A DNA stretch of 64,000 nucleotides from Octopus vulgaris (Eukaryota), in contig OX597830.1 in the NCBI GenBank assembly GCA_951406725.2, positions 57,598,001-57,662,000 of the forward strand, given 5' to 3'. The position numbers were made by a program, and so were the translations under genes. The stretch's first letter is position 1. Every line of letters begins with the position of its first letter. The notes beneath the pieces are model-generated. The model worked only from the letters and a program-made list of their open reading frames with translations, searched no databases and was not told the DNA's origin. This document shows, in pieces, positions 1 through 12,841 of this stretch.

Positions 1-380
1 TTAACTACCACGGAACTATCAACTCCAAACCTCTCTCTTTGCATCCTCATTTAGTGCAAGTGAACCATCTTCCATGCGAACACACTTCTCTCCTACCACA
101 TCACGATTCTCTCTCACACATTGTTTTGCAACGCGAAACACCTCCAGTCTTTGGTCCTCACGACGCAGAACATTGGCAAATTTTTTCTTATTTGCTTCCC
201 CTCTGGCTAAATAAACCTGTCTCCTAGCTTCTCTTTTGGCAGTCTGATACAATTCCCTGCTACCCCCATTTTTCCAGACCTTCCAAGCCAGTCTCTTTTC
301 TCTAATAGCCCTGTCTACAATATTGTTCCACCACCACGTTATTCTAGGTCGAGAGGGGACTTTGCACCAGCCACAGACGT
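1..380 (-). mobile_element. RTE-clade LINE ORF fragment (region between endonuclease and RT)
   Basis: ORF 19-447 contains CGWCK...TWWWNNIVDRAIREKRLAWKVWK...YQTAKREARR, typical of RTE ORFs. Confidence 0.8.
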
Positions 381-557
381 TAGGCATTTTTTCCTTTCTA
401 CACAAATCTTCCACTGGTTTTGCTCTAATCAAACAATAGCTTTTCATTTTGAAATATTAGACTTATCCTTTCTACACCAATGAAGGTCCCATCTTGAGAT
501 TATATTTAATGTACAAAGAAGACAAAAACAAGTTGAAAAAATTTGTATAAGACTAAC

Positions 558-641
558 CTTTCTGTTTTCATGGTCAATCATAACATTATGGGGTTTAACA
601 TCTCTATGCATAATCCCCATACTGTGGCAATAATCTAGAGC
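558..641 (-). CDS. CSNK2A1: CK2 alpha internal exon (catalytic loop HRDVKPHN), 84 bp
   Basis: acag|GCTCTA...AGAAAG|gttagt; [28 protein letters not shown]; the frame is continuous across all five exons. Confidence 0.97.
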
Positions 642-762
642 CTGTTAAAAGACAAGAAATTAACTTAAACACTAATCACTAAATATTAAATAATAAAAAT
701 TAAACACTATAGAAACAAAAATATTGTGATGTTGCTAAAATATTTCAAACAAATAAACATAC

Positions 763-822
763 CTTTAATAGTTCAAACATATAGAACCGGATGTCATAAT
801 CTGTGAAAGTTTGATATAATAT
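763..822 (-). CDS. CSNK2A1: CK2 alpha internal exon, 60 bp
   Basis: tcag|ATATTA...TTAAAG|gtatgt; ILYQTFTDYDIRFYMFELLK. Confidence 0.96.
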
Positions 823-1289
823 CTGAAAAAGTAATTTAAAAATAGTTATGTGGTTTAAAAATCAGTATAAATAGATCTTAGAAAAAAAAAACCCAGTTAT
901 TTAAAGTATTTATAGAAAAAAGCTAACATCAAAGCATGAATGTAGAAAGAGCAGGTTTAAATGGTTGGCTATTTTCAAGATTGTTTTAATTAGAAAAACT
1001 CAGAAAACTTCATAACACAAAATTCTATCTTTATTGTACACAGCTTTCAATAACCTATTAAACAGTTAAATTGAAACCAACTTTTAACTCCAGCATAACA
1101 AGAATTGGCAAACTCCATGTTAATGTCCAGTTAAAATAAAATATGTTGGTAATCTGTGTAATAGTTTGTCAGTGCAGAATTAGGCTATTTACAAATAGTG
1201 CTATCTTAGGTGATGTTTTGGGTATTTTTACCTCAATTTTCCAACTATGAAAATGCTTAGAATATCTGATGATGTAGGACATGGCCTGG

Positions 1290-2345
1290 TCACCCTGACA
1301 TAAGTCAGGTTGTACAGGAAGGTGTTGTATCTAATGATTAGTATGCCAGTATTATCATCAATTGTTACAAGGATAAAGGAGATGCCTTAGAGAGGTTATT
1401 ACAGGAGTATCAAATAGCTGGACCATATTACAGAAGTTGTAATTAGGAAGAGAACTAGCCTAGTCGAGAGACAGTTTGGTTTGTGCCAGGGAGAAATACT
1501 ACAGATGCCCTCTTCCTAGCAAGGGAACTGCAGGAATATTTATAAAAGTAATCCACTGTTCTTCATATTTGTTGACCTATAAGCTATGTGATCTAATGGT
1601 CACTGAAGAAGCCAGAAGACAACAAATAGCATATGAGAGCCATCAAACCATGTATGTATAGAAGAGTTTAAAACCAGGTGTCCATAAGAACTCTTATATG
1701 CTGATGAACTTGTTCTTATAGTAGAATTTAGTAAAGAATTCCAGATGTAGTCTCAAATCAAAGGGCATCAAGTTAACTTAGCAAGAATTCCATACTCAGT
1801 GCCAAACTATGGACATACAAAAGGTGCAGTGGAATCACAGGCAGGTTGACACAGAAAGTAGACTTTGTATGCCTATGCACAAGAGCAATAAATGCTAGTA
1901 GCATACAGGAAATGGATTGTCTCTAATCCTCAGGAGGATCCGTAGAGGTAGCAGATAGCTCCTGCTGTCTAATTGACCTAATAAGCAGTGGAGCAGGATG
2001 TTCCGAAAGAATAGTAAGAAGAAACTGGGGGAAGTTTAGAGAGCGGTTATCACTGTTGGTTTATCCCATGGAGTGAATGATACTTGAATACAAACAACAA
2101 ATGCTACATGGCTCTTGAATGCAAAGGGCTTGTGATGACTAGAAAGACAAGAAGCAAGTATGCATCACTTGATATACAGTGCCAGTGTACATGAAGACGG
2201 CAGTACAAATAGGGTGTGAGGGGGGGAAAAAAGAGCCCATATTGCATTGGTATGGACACGTGGTGCATGTGCATTAGGGCATGCTGTGTAAAGAAATGCC
2301 AATCAATGTAGATTGAGCCTGTGGAAGGGGGAGATTTAGGAAGGA
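1290..2345 (+). mobile_element. Degraded RTE LINE reverse-transcriptase fragment
   Basis: Remnants such as ELLYADELVL; similar to the better RTE copy at 40123-41657; many stops and indels. Confidence 0.7.
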
Positions 2346-3576
2346 TGTTCACCAGCTTTCACTCTCTCCCCATACTCTTACAAACCTTGCCCCACCCCCG
2401 CCACCCACTCTCTCTTCTATTCACCTTGTATTTTGAGTGTACACTGACGTTTCATCACCATCATCTTTATCTCTCTTTCTACCTCTATTCTGATTACTCT
2501 CACCCTTATAAAGTACAAGCTAGTCCTGTATCTCCTCTAAAGCAAGAAACCCATTCCTGACCCTCAATCAATACCTAGCGTAACATGAACCCCATCTCCA
2601 ATATATACCCATTCAGTAGAAGAGACTTTTTAGTTTTATCAGTTACACGGTGAACTCATTAGTGTTGGTGCCACAGAAAAAACACCGAGTACAGCATTAA
2701 GTGGTTGGCATCACCATTTGGTGCTCAGAGTATTCCTCCAACTTCTTGGCTCCTGTTGACCAGTCAAACCCATGCTGGCAGGGGAGGACTGGGGTGTAGG
2801 GGAAAGGCACCACAACAGAACATACCTGGTATAGTTTGTTCATGACACAAAGGCATAAATTGTTTGCAAATGACAAAGATATGGCAAATTTGAAAAGATT
2901 CTGATAAAGATCAACAAGAATTCAATCAAATGTGGGACATGAATGTCAAGTGAAGATGAAAGATTCCTAAGTGGAAAATTATATGGGGGTGGAGGGCCTT
3001 GATCAGCTGGTGGTGATACAATATTATTTGATTACCAATTCCAGATAATGTTCCTGATCATTTGGTGCTTCTTTTTACTAGTTTTCAGTCATTTTTAAAG
3101 ACAAGTGTGGAACTCAAGTACAAACACTAATTGTCTCTCCAACACTCAGGGCTGGTAAAGCTAAGCAAAATTATATAACAGTATTACAAATGTGATTTCA
3201 AATAAATCACAGATTGCCCTATGATATCAGGTACTATTTTATTGGTTTCAGTTACTGGACTGTGGCCAAGCTGGGATACCACAATCAACCGTTCAGTCAA
3301 TCATTAGTTACTTTTGAATAAAGTATTCATTTTATCAGTTTCTGTCAAAACAAGTTAGAGGACAAAGATAAGTCACCATATTTGTATTTTTTTAACAGGT
3401 TTTATATATATATACACATATACATAGGGGGAGAGAGAGAGAGAGAGAGAGTTAGAAAATAGTGATATAATGGATACAAATTCATTTATTAACATTCACC
3501 AACAATTGTTTCATTTCACAAACAAAATTGAAATTACAAAACATGTATAAATATATAATTTTGCATTTTAAATACC

Positions 3577-3818
3577 TTGTGCCGATGGCACGTAAAAAGC
3601 ACCATCCGTCCGTAGCCGTTTGCCAGCTCCGGGTGGCACGTAAAAAGCACCCACTACACTCACGGAGTGGTTGGCGTTAGGAAGGGCATCCAGCCATAGA
3701 AACACTGCCAGATCAGACTGGGCCTGGTGCAGCCTTCTGGCTTCACAGACCCCAGTTCAACCGTCCAACCCATGCTAGCATGGAAAGCGGACGCTAAATG
3801 ATGATGATGATGATGATG
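3577..3818 (+). mobile_element. RTE 3' UTR / RTE-tailed short element ending in (GAT)n
   Basis: Matches the 3' end of the RTE at ~41340-41657 (gtaaaaagcacc...catgctagcatggaaa...gatgatgat); CpG-rich, so probably young. Confidence 0.8.
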
Positions 3819-4294
3819 TATGGAAAATTAGTGTACAAAGGGTGTATCTTGGATAGAAATATCCCTATAAAAGTTTAAATATCCTTACTGTGATTGATAT
3901 ATATATATATACATATATATATGAGAGCCTATGAGAATTAATACAGTTTTTGAAATGTACAAGTGATTCTTTTTTTTTTTTAATGTTATAAAATCTATTA
4001 TGAGGATGTTGGCAACCTTTTGGGGGAAGAAGTTTCGTTACACACACAACCACCTGGTGCACATTTCCACCAAGCCAGTTTCATTCATAACTTATTGGAT
4101 CAATATGATGCTCAAAGTGTCATGCAGTGGAATCAAACTGACAGCTGTGAGAACTTCACCACACAGCTAGTCAATAAAATCAAAATTTGAAGAATTCTAA
4201 ATTATCACATTTTTAAGTTGATAAGATAAAAAACACAAACTAACAGGATTTACAGAAACCAAAGACATCAAAATATTCTATAAATTGGATTTAC

Positions 4295-4345
4295 CTTGAA
4301 GTCTGTGTTGTTCACATGTTCAAATACAAGAGCTGGTATTCTGGA
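4295..4345 (-). CDS. CSNK2A1: CK2 alpha internal exon (hinge), 51 bp
   Basis: atag|TCCAGA...TTCAAG|gtaaat; SRIPALVFEHVNNTDFK. Confidence 0.96.
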
Positions 4346-4969
4346 CTATAAATAGAAAATAACAACATGGGGTCTATAAGGAAGCGGTTAAAAACAGGAA
4401 ATTCTTTTCTAGGAATATGATTTACAATGTACACAAATATCATATATTTATTCAAACTGAGCTCCCCAAACAGAACACTAATTATCCATAGATCAAATGA
4501 AGATGTCCAACAAGTATTCCAGTTATTTCATCCATCTCTCTCTCTCTCTCAACTGACTTCAATCATTTGAGAGTGGCTGTGCCAGTGTCCCATCTTATGG
4601 GGTGGCACATTTCTGTCAAGCTCAGTACTTTTTGTATGTGTGCGGGGGTCATTTATAAGCTATGCATCACAGCTCATGACAAAGAAGTATAACACAATGC
4701 CAGAAGATATTTTCCCCTATAGATATATATACAAAGTATTTTAGTACTAATTGAATTGGTTTCAATCATTGAATTCAGGCCATGGTAGGTGAGAAGTAGC
4801 TGACCCTTCATCAACCAAGTGTTGGGGAGGGGAGAGGGGCTAGATTGTGGCTGATTCCCTCACAGTGTAGCATAGAGAGAGGTTGGAGGACTGGCTAGAG
4901 AACTTGCCTGGAACTTTTAATCAAAGAGTTAACTTTGAGCAATTACTAAAAGGCCTTTGTCAAATCATT

Positions 4970-5560
4970 TACATTTAACAGATATTTGTCCTCATCTTGC
5001 TTGTTGTTAACACATTTCAGCTGGTATACCCTCCAGCCTTCATAAGGTGTCTTGGGGAAATTTCAGACCTGGGTATCTTTCAATGTTATTATTATTATTA
5101 TTATTCAGGTCACTGCCTGGAATCAAACTTGGAATCTTGGGGATAGTAGCTTGCACTCTTAAACACAACGCCATGTTGCCCATGAGCAATTATGGAGTAA
5201 ATTTTAGGGTTTATAAATCTAATATTCTCCTATCCTTCCTTAATACTGGTTCCCATATGTTATTCATATCTGCACTCGGTCTGCTTAGGAGGTTGTTGTG
5301 TCCTAGCATATGTGCTGCTGCTTTTAAGATGTACTTTTTAATGTTTTCATCTTATTTACCAACAAACAAGATAAGAACAAATATCCGTCAAATTTAAATA
5401 ATGTACATAATTCCTCATCTCTTAAATATAGAACTGTAGTGCCTTTGTCAAATGTTCTAACATTTATACCAACTGCCCTTCCTTGTGTGAATTTATTGCA
5501 CCTTGTAGCATTTTGATAAATAACAGTATTTTGAGCTATTTTACCATTCATGCGTGCCTG
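4970..5560 (-). mobile_element. Penelope-like element fragment with inverted pLTR pieces and a decayed hammerhead
   Basis: GIY-YIG-like remnants (NTVIYQ...C; KYILKAAAHMLGHNNLLSRPSADMNNIWEPVL); 4972-5007 recurs inverted at ~5357-5400; hammerhead-like core at 5009-5051. Confidence 0.55.
5087..5178 (-). mobile_element. Short tRNA-derived SINE head with (TAA)n tail, inside the Penelope-like fragment
   Basis: Minus strand A-box-like TGGCGTTGTGT and B-box-like GTTTGATTCC followed by aataataataa. Confidence 0.5.
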
Positions 5561-6567
5561 TTCTATATGCTCTTCTTGATGGCCAGCTCCTGTCAAACTG
5601 TCCAGTTCATGCCAGCATGGAAAATGGATGATGATGATCAATTGAAAATCCACGAGGCACAATTCTTCTTTACAATTCTAAAATTGGATCCAGCTGAATA
5701 TTACGTAATAACTTATTTTATAATCATCATCATTTAACATCCATGTTCCAATGTTGGCTTGGGTTGGACAAAATAATTTTACATTTTTTTTTTAAACCTA
5801 TCTCCTAGAAGTAACTGGAGTAATTTTTAAATGCAACTGTTTATAATAAACCTTTTTGTTAAATCATGTCCCCAACACACAACCTTAAATTCTGATATAC
5901 ACACTAAGGTATTCAAGTAGGAAATATAGCAACAAAAGAGGTTAATTTAAATCAAGCAAAACTAGTTTACATCGCAGTTAATCAAATACTTAAGTGTAAT
6001 CTATAAATAAAGATACAAAATATTTCTTTAGAGTAAACGTAATAAAAAATGACAAATACCTTCTAACCTAGCAGTAATTAGAAATGCAAAAACTGAACTA
6101 CTGAGCATCTTATGTATAGACAACAGTCCCCAACCAGGATCCATACAACATTTTAGGGACTGCTTCAATAAATAAATATGTCACTTAGGGAACAACACAC
6201 ACACACACACACACACATTTAAATACCAGGCATAGCAAGGTCATCACAAACCTTGTATTTCATGCTAATTTTCAACTGCATGAATATTTAATATTCACAA
6301 AAAATTATAATACAAACAAAGGAAAGAGCATTTAATAGTTTCCTTAGGCAAAGATATATTAGCAACAACCAAAGAGCAAAATTGCAACTAAACATGTCAA
6401 AGTTGCTAACCTGTTCATTTGCTGTATTTTTATTCCAGTTAAGATTATATTTTTTAATGTCTTCATCTCATTTCATTTTTCCGTAAGGTGAGATAAATAG
6501 AAGCTACAAATTCAGTTCATATTAGGTAAAATTCAGACACAAAATCCAAAAGTATATGCAGATACAT

Positions 6568-6850
6568 GCATGGACATGTGGTTAAGAAGCTCACTCAGCA
6601 ACCATATGGTTTCAGGTTCAGCCCCAGCACACAACACCTTGGGCAAGCGTCTTCTATTGCTGAGTTGATGAATGCCTTGTAAGTAAATTTAGTAGGCAGA
6701 AACTGTGTAGAAGCCCATTGTGTGTGTCCACCCCACTGGATAACTCTTATTGGTTTGTTTACATCTGTATAGCTTAGAGGTTTGGCAAGAGACCAAAAGA
6801 ATAAAAACCCAGTTTAAAAAAAAACGGGGTCAATTCGTTTGACTAAAATC
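6568..6850 (+). mobile_element. Octopus-type tRNA-derived SINE (family 1)
   Basis: Head ...ggttcagcccc...caccttgggcaagcgtcttcta, shared with many copies in the window. Confidence 0.8.
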
Positions 6851-6996
6851 TAATGATATTGGGTTGGTGCATAATTATTGTAGCTTTTTTTCAACAAAAG
6901 CAATAACATGTAACAAAAACATTTTTAAATGATTATTCCGGAGCATATTCACCATCTACTTCAATTACTGCTTCCCATTTCCTTGGCAGACCATCA

Positions 6997-7338
6997 TTAC
7001 CTCTGCCAAGGAAGGAGGCTATGTTTTCATCAGCGTTGGTTTGTCCGTCTGTGTGCAAAATAACTCAAAATGTTGGTAATGACACAAGGAACAGATGGTG
7101 AAATTTTGGTAGTGATCCGGGAATTTTTATGGATTCTTGAAGGATTTTTTATTTGTTATATTTACTTTACATGAAGTATTACAATGTTATTGTTCTTTGA
7201 TTATCTCCCTTGAACACACACTCATCGTTTCCACGTAACCTATGGTGGCATTGCTGTTTCCAAAGTTTATTTTCGTTTCTTTATTAGTAAGCTTACTCGC
7301 ATATCTATCTTAAAATGAGTTGCTTGGCGGAGGTCTGT
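6997..7338 (+). mobile_element. HINE/DINE-1-like (Helentron-associated) element, nested
   Basis: ATTACCTCTGCCAAGG...GGCTATGTTTT start and CTTGGCGGAGGT 3' sub-terminal inverted repeat. Confidence 0.6.
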
Positions 7339-7495
7339 GGAGGATGTCATGACACGCCTTGACTACTGGGATCAACTCAAAAGGTTCAGCTTTGCTCTCT
7401 CCACCGCCACTGTGAGCTCCGTATCATCTGTATGATGTGGAAAATATTCCATCAACATTGCCCATCTTTAAAATTCGTCCAAAGCTTGGATTCCT
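7339..7495 (+). mobile_element. CR1/L2-group LINE ORF2 fragment, nested
   Basis: DYWDQLK...MWKIFHQHC remnant resembling the post-RT region of CR1/L2-group ORF2. Confidence 0.5.
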
Positions 7496-7544
7496 GTTTT
7501 TAAAGAGATTTTTTTTTTTTATCATATGGCTGTGTTATTTTTTT

Positions 7545-7675
7545 TTACCCCCGCCAAAGAGGTTATGTTTTTGCCAGCGTTGGTTTGGGAAATTGGGCAA
7601 TTTTCAGCATGCATGTATATGGGTGGAAATGAGCTGCTTGGCAGAGGTCTGTGCTCTCCAAGCACTTTTCTAGTT
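7545..7675 (+). mobile_element. Short HINE/DINE-1-like element, nested
   Basis: TTACCCCGCCAAAGAGGTTATGTTTT ... CTTGGCAGAGGT, then GTGCT-CTCCA-AGCAC stem-loop and TTTTCTAGT end. Confidence 0.6.
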
Positions 7676-8864
7676 TAAAGGTGTTTTTGTTAAATATTGT
7701 TATTGTCTTTGTTGAATAAAATTTGTTGAAAAAAAGCTGCAATAATTATGCACCAACCCAATAGAAACAAGTAAAAGATAAGAGAATTGGGAAGAATCAT
7801 TTACAGAGTGTGTATAACTATGGAATAAAGTCCATTGCATTTGTTGTCATGTCATGAGATGGCCTATTGTCAGTTAAAAACAAGACAAATTCCAATTACA
7901 GCAGTCAATATAATAGGCTATATCCAAACATCTGCCATCAAAAACACTGCACATCACTCTTGGTTTTTAAGGTACAGACTTCCTGTTTTAAAAGGAACTA
8001 AATGAAAACTTCCTAAAATGTTTCATTTCAATTTACATTCCAAACATCAGCTTAATTAATGACAAAGTTATCTTCTATATTCATTATATTTTAAATTTAT
8101 TGGAAAGAAAAAGTGTATTTCAAGAGAAATATGTTAACAAAAGAGCTAAAATGGGATTAAGACATTAAAGGCATAGCTTGCATTGAGAAAAAAAAAAAGG
8201 AATATTATTAAATGTTATGAAATGTGTTATTAGGCCTTAACTGGTATGCGTTTCATTACTTTTAATAAACCAGGACAAAATCATAATTTATGGTTCAATA
8301 TGTAAAAGTGCATTTATTTATTTCTTAAAATGACTAATAAAAAAAATTACCTTTGTAAGAGTTTTTTAATAAATATATTTATATTAATATCTCGATGGTT
8401 GCTAGAACTTCTTGACCACATATGCAATGTTGTGTGGTTAAGAAGGTTGCTTTGTAACCACATGGTTCTGGGTTCAGTTCCACTATGCAACACCGGGCCA
8501 AGTGTCTTTTGTAGCCCCAAGCCAGCTGATATCATGAAAGCAGCTTTGCTTGCCCTCATCATAGAACTGTTTCACAGTTATATAATGCTTAGATTCCTTG
8601 TTGTTATTACAACTGGTCACACTGCACAATTGAAGACCAATGAAATAAATTCTCGTTTCAAAAAGCTTCAAAAAGACCCGCCCAACTCATGCAAGCATGG
8701 AAAAACTGACATTGAACAAACGTGCGTGTGTTTGTGTGAGGGAGAGGTTTACTTCCTAACCACATGGTTTCAAGTTCAGTCCCATCACATAGCACCTTGG
8801 GCTAAGTGTCTTCTATTATAGCTCCAAGTTATAATACAAGTCGATTTGTCAAATAGAAACTGAA

Positions 8865-8907
<43 letters not shown>

Positions 8908-10147
8908 TACAAATGAATATCACTTTCATATGAGCAGTGTCCATTTCCAATCTTCTGTGGAAACACTTTTGACTATGGGGAAATAATACCTTATATGGAA
9001 ACGGTGAGGGTTGGTAACAGGATGGCATCCAGTTGTAGAAAACCTACTTCTACAAATTCCATGCAGCCCATGAGGGCACAGAAAAATGGGCATTAAAATG
9101 TTAGGGATTATATAATTTCATTTGTAGGATATAAAAGTTCTAAATTTAACTTTATTCATTCTCAGTAACCACAAGTCTAAAGTATAAGATAGTTTTCATT
9201 ACTACATCATTAATTAAGTAGATTAGTTGGGGGGGGGGGGGGTTTAATCACAGATTATCTGTGATAAAGAAGATGCTGGTAATATTCCATTGAATAGCTG
9301 GCCATGGTTTTATTCCATTACCAGAGAGCATTACAAAGCCAATGCATATGACTACAATACAGCCATGAGGGATGCTAAACCATTTGAAGAGAAAATTAAA
9401 AGGCAAACCACAAGAGTACTTAAAAAAAATTTTTTTTTTAAATACTAAATGATGCTTTCCAAGCTAGAAATGCATCAATGTTTATAGTAAAGGAGTAGCA
9501 GAAGCAGAAAATTTGTAGCATCCCATGAGATTTTCAAAGATAGTGCAAAAGCTGATCGGCTACATAATTATGGTGAAATTTTTCATTTTACTTATTGCAA
9601 TTCCAACTTTAATAGAGCAGACTGTAAAGGTTGAAAATTCCTCATCACCAACAATTGATATACTTTGTCTTGTGACACCCTAACCTAATAGATCATCTCT
9701 TGTCTAATAGATTATATAGCAACAGTTTCCAGAAGGAAAGACTACAGAGCAACTTCTTGAGAACTTCTATTTCATAGAAAGATCAGAATTTATCCAAAAT
9801 CAAACTAGCATTTTCAAAAAGACAACATTGAATAATACAGTCTTAGATATATCATGTCTGAAAGAAGGAGAGGATAGTTACATAACTGGACCTAAATCTG
9901 CTCTGAAAAGAGTTAACTTGAGGATAATCGACAACTAATAAATAGTTCACTGAATTCTCACTGAAATGGCTTCACAAAATCTTTGCCTTTCATCTCTATT
10001 TTATTCAGTCGTTTGGTTACAGCCATGTTGGGGGCACCACCTTGAAGGGTTTTAGAGGGAAAACAAATCAATCCCAGTGCCCCTTTTTTTTTCTTTTTTA
10101 AAGCCTGGTACTTATTCTAAATTACAGGGACCATAAAGACACCAACA

Positions 10148-10450
10148 CCACCATCATCATCATCGTTTAACATCCGCTCTCCATGCTAGCATGGGTTGGA
10201 CGATTTGACTGAGGACTGGCAAACCAGATGACTGCACTAGGCCCCAATCTTGATCTGGCAGGGTTTCTACAGCTTGTTGTCAAAAAGTGGTGGGGGTGGC
10301 ACACAACAGGCTTCTTTCGGTTTCCATCTGACAATCCACTCACAAGGCTTTGGTCAGCCCAGGGCTATAGTAGAATACAACCTGCTCAAGGTGCTACGCA
10401 GTGGTTGGGAAGCAAGCTGCAAACTTCTTACCACAAGCCTACACCTGTGC
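10148..10450 (-). mobile_element. RTE-tail fragment joined to a family-1 SINE fragment
   Basis: (CAT)n-cgtttaac...catgctagcatgggttgg followed by ggcttctttcggtttccatctgac...cacaaggctttggtc. Confidence 0.7.
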
Positions 10451-11604
10451 CTAACTGTACTGGAAGCTAAAAACCTCGCTTCATAATTTTCTCTAGGTAA
10501 TTTCACAAATGCAGAATCCTTTTAATTAACATTTTACTTCTAAATCAACATGTTGCTTTGGTTACTATTTTATATTTAGGACACATTAACCTGTAAGATT
10601 TAAAGCATTTGTAACATCAAAGTTTAAGAGATTAGATTAAGCTGCATCTGTGTGGTAAAGTTTGTTTCTCAATGACACGTTTAATATACTAACGATGGAG
10701 AAAATCACTATGCAAAATGTAAACGAAAGTAAACTATGAATTTTTATATGCCTAAATACAATTCACATATTTAATGTCCATTTTCCATGTTGGTATAGAT
10801 GAATGAGTCTGAGAGGAATTTGGGGTAGGATTTTTACAGATGGATGCTCTTCCAGTTGCCAACACATGCCAGTTTTTCCAAATAAGGTGTGATGTGTTCT
10901 TGGTTTTGTTTCTTTACTCCAGAGGAATTCAAAATCACAGAGTTAGTAGGTGATTTGTTGACAAGCAATAAACATCACCATCCACAGCAGAAAATCCCAG
11001 CCCCAAGCAGTGACATCAACTTTTGCAGACCAGATGTAGCCATAGCTCAGCACAGGTTGTAAACATTCATATACATGCACGTGGCTTCTTTCAGTTTCCA
11101 TCTACCAAATTCCTTCACATGGTGTCATGCGTGTAGGCTCAAACCTAAAACCATGAGGTTGAGAACAAAACAGCCATGCCCGGGCATGCATTTATTAGCC
11201 ATGGATATATAATGACAGGCATTCAGAAAACTCTTCTTCCATCGATCACAGTCAATCATATTCATCCAGGACTTCTTGTTTTATGTTTGGTACTAATATC
11301 ATCGAGTTATAGAGTGTCACAAAGTTATTTGGGGCACAGCACACCTACATTTTATCTTTTTAATTAACAGTTCTCAACATTTTGTAAGTTCAATTTCACT
11401 GCAGGACACAGACAAGGGCGTTCTAATATAGCTTTGGGCTGACTAATGCTCTGTGAGTGAAATACAACATGGAAAGGGTGAGGAAACCAAATGATGAACA
11501 CATTGGTGTGAAAACCAACTGGAGTGTTCAAACAACACTTTGTGATATTTACTGTATCCAAGTTGTACAGACACTACCTTGCAAATCTTGCCATTAGAAA
11601 TACA

Positions 11605-11824
11605 TATTTCTTTACTACCCACAAGGGGCTAAACACAGAGGGGACAAACAAGGACAGACAAACGGATTAAGTCGATTACATCAACCCCAGTGCGTAACTG
11701 GTACTTAATTTATCAAGGATGAAAGGCAAAATCAACCTCGGCAGAATTTGAACTCAGAATGTAACGGCAGACGAAATACGGCTGCGCATTTCACCCGGCG
11801 TGCTAACGTTTCTGCCAGCTTGCC
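11605..11824 (-). mobile_element. tRNA-derived SINE (family 2), near full length, with target-site duplication
   Basis: Minus strand GGCAAGCTGGCAGAAACGTTAGC...GAGTTCAAATTC (B box)...AAAGAAATA; cttgccattagaaataca repeated at 11587-11604 and 11819-11836. Confidence 0.85.
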
Positions 11825-11920
11825 ATTAGAAATACAATGAACCAAACTCCCAGACCTGCTTTTATGACAGACTGCATACATCAGGAAGCTCTTGTTGACA
11901 AACCAGGTAATGCAAGAACA

Positions 11921-11953
<33 letters not shown>

Positions 11954-12841
11954 GGGTTTCTTTCAGTTTTTGTCTACTAAATCTACAAAGCTTTGGTCAG
12001 CCTGGGGCTATAATAGAAGATTCAAAATGCCATGCAATGGAGCCCAAGCCAAACCCATACAGTTGGGAAGTGAGCTTGTTAACCCTCCACCCACACATAC
12101 ACAGCAGGCTTCCATACAGTTTCTGTCAACCAATTCCACTCACAAAACTTTAATCAGTATGAGGTTTGAGTGGGTGACTGTTGCACAAGGTACCACAATG
12201 CGATAAAATCCAAAACCACATGATTACTCACCTTCAGGCTTCTGCACAGTCTCTTCTATGTACTAAATTCCACACAAAATTTAAAATACCCCAAGACTAT
12301 GGAAAAAGATGCTTGATCAAGGTGCTGCACACTGAATCAGGGACAACAGGATTGTAAAAATCTTCATTGATTTGTACTTGATCGTTTAGCTTACCTATTG
12401 AAAATATATCTTCTAAAACCAATATCATGTGATATGTATAACTGCAAATATCTTAAATACTGCACCATCAATTTTCATGGACAATTTAAGGCAATTTGAG
12501 TCACATCTCTCAGTGTTTTCTCTATTTGCATCCCATTTTGCCTATTAGAGTGAAATATGAATCACCAACAAGGTTGTGCTGCCTCAGAACTCACTAAATA
12601 CTGAATCGTTTTTCAAACTATTCATGTCCAAGTTTTTAAATAACACTTTGAACCAATTCACACATTCAACACTTCAACTGCTTGCCTATTATGAAGGGAA
12701 TACATTTTGAGAATTGTGCAGTATATCCAAATAAGCTGCTCTTAGATAGGAATTACCATCATATCACAACATAACACCTAAACAATAAAATATTTAATGC
12801 AAGCCAAGAAGTGATTCTATACTGAAGTTCAAGCTGTTAGG

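Larger units (their letters stand above)
6859..7761. mobile_element. Non-autonomous mariner element with nested insertions
   Basis: TA|TTGGGTTGGTGCATAATTATTG ... CAATAATTATGCACCAACCCAA|TA; minus-strand transposase C-terminus DGLPRKWEAVIEVDGEYAPE* at ~6933-6996. Confidence 0.88.
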
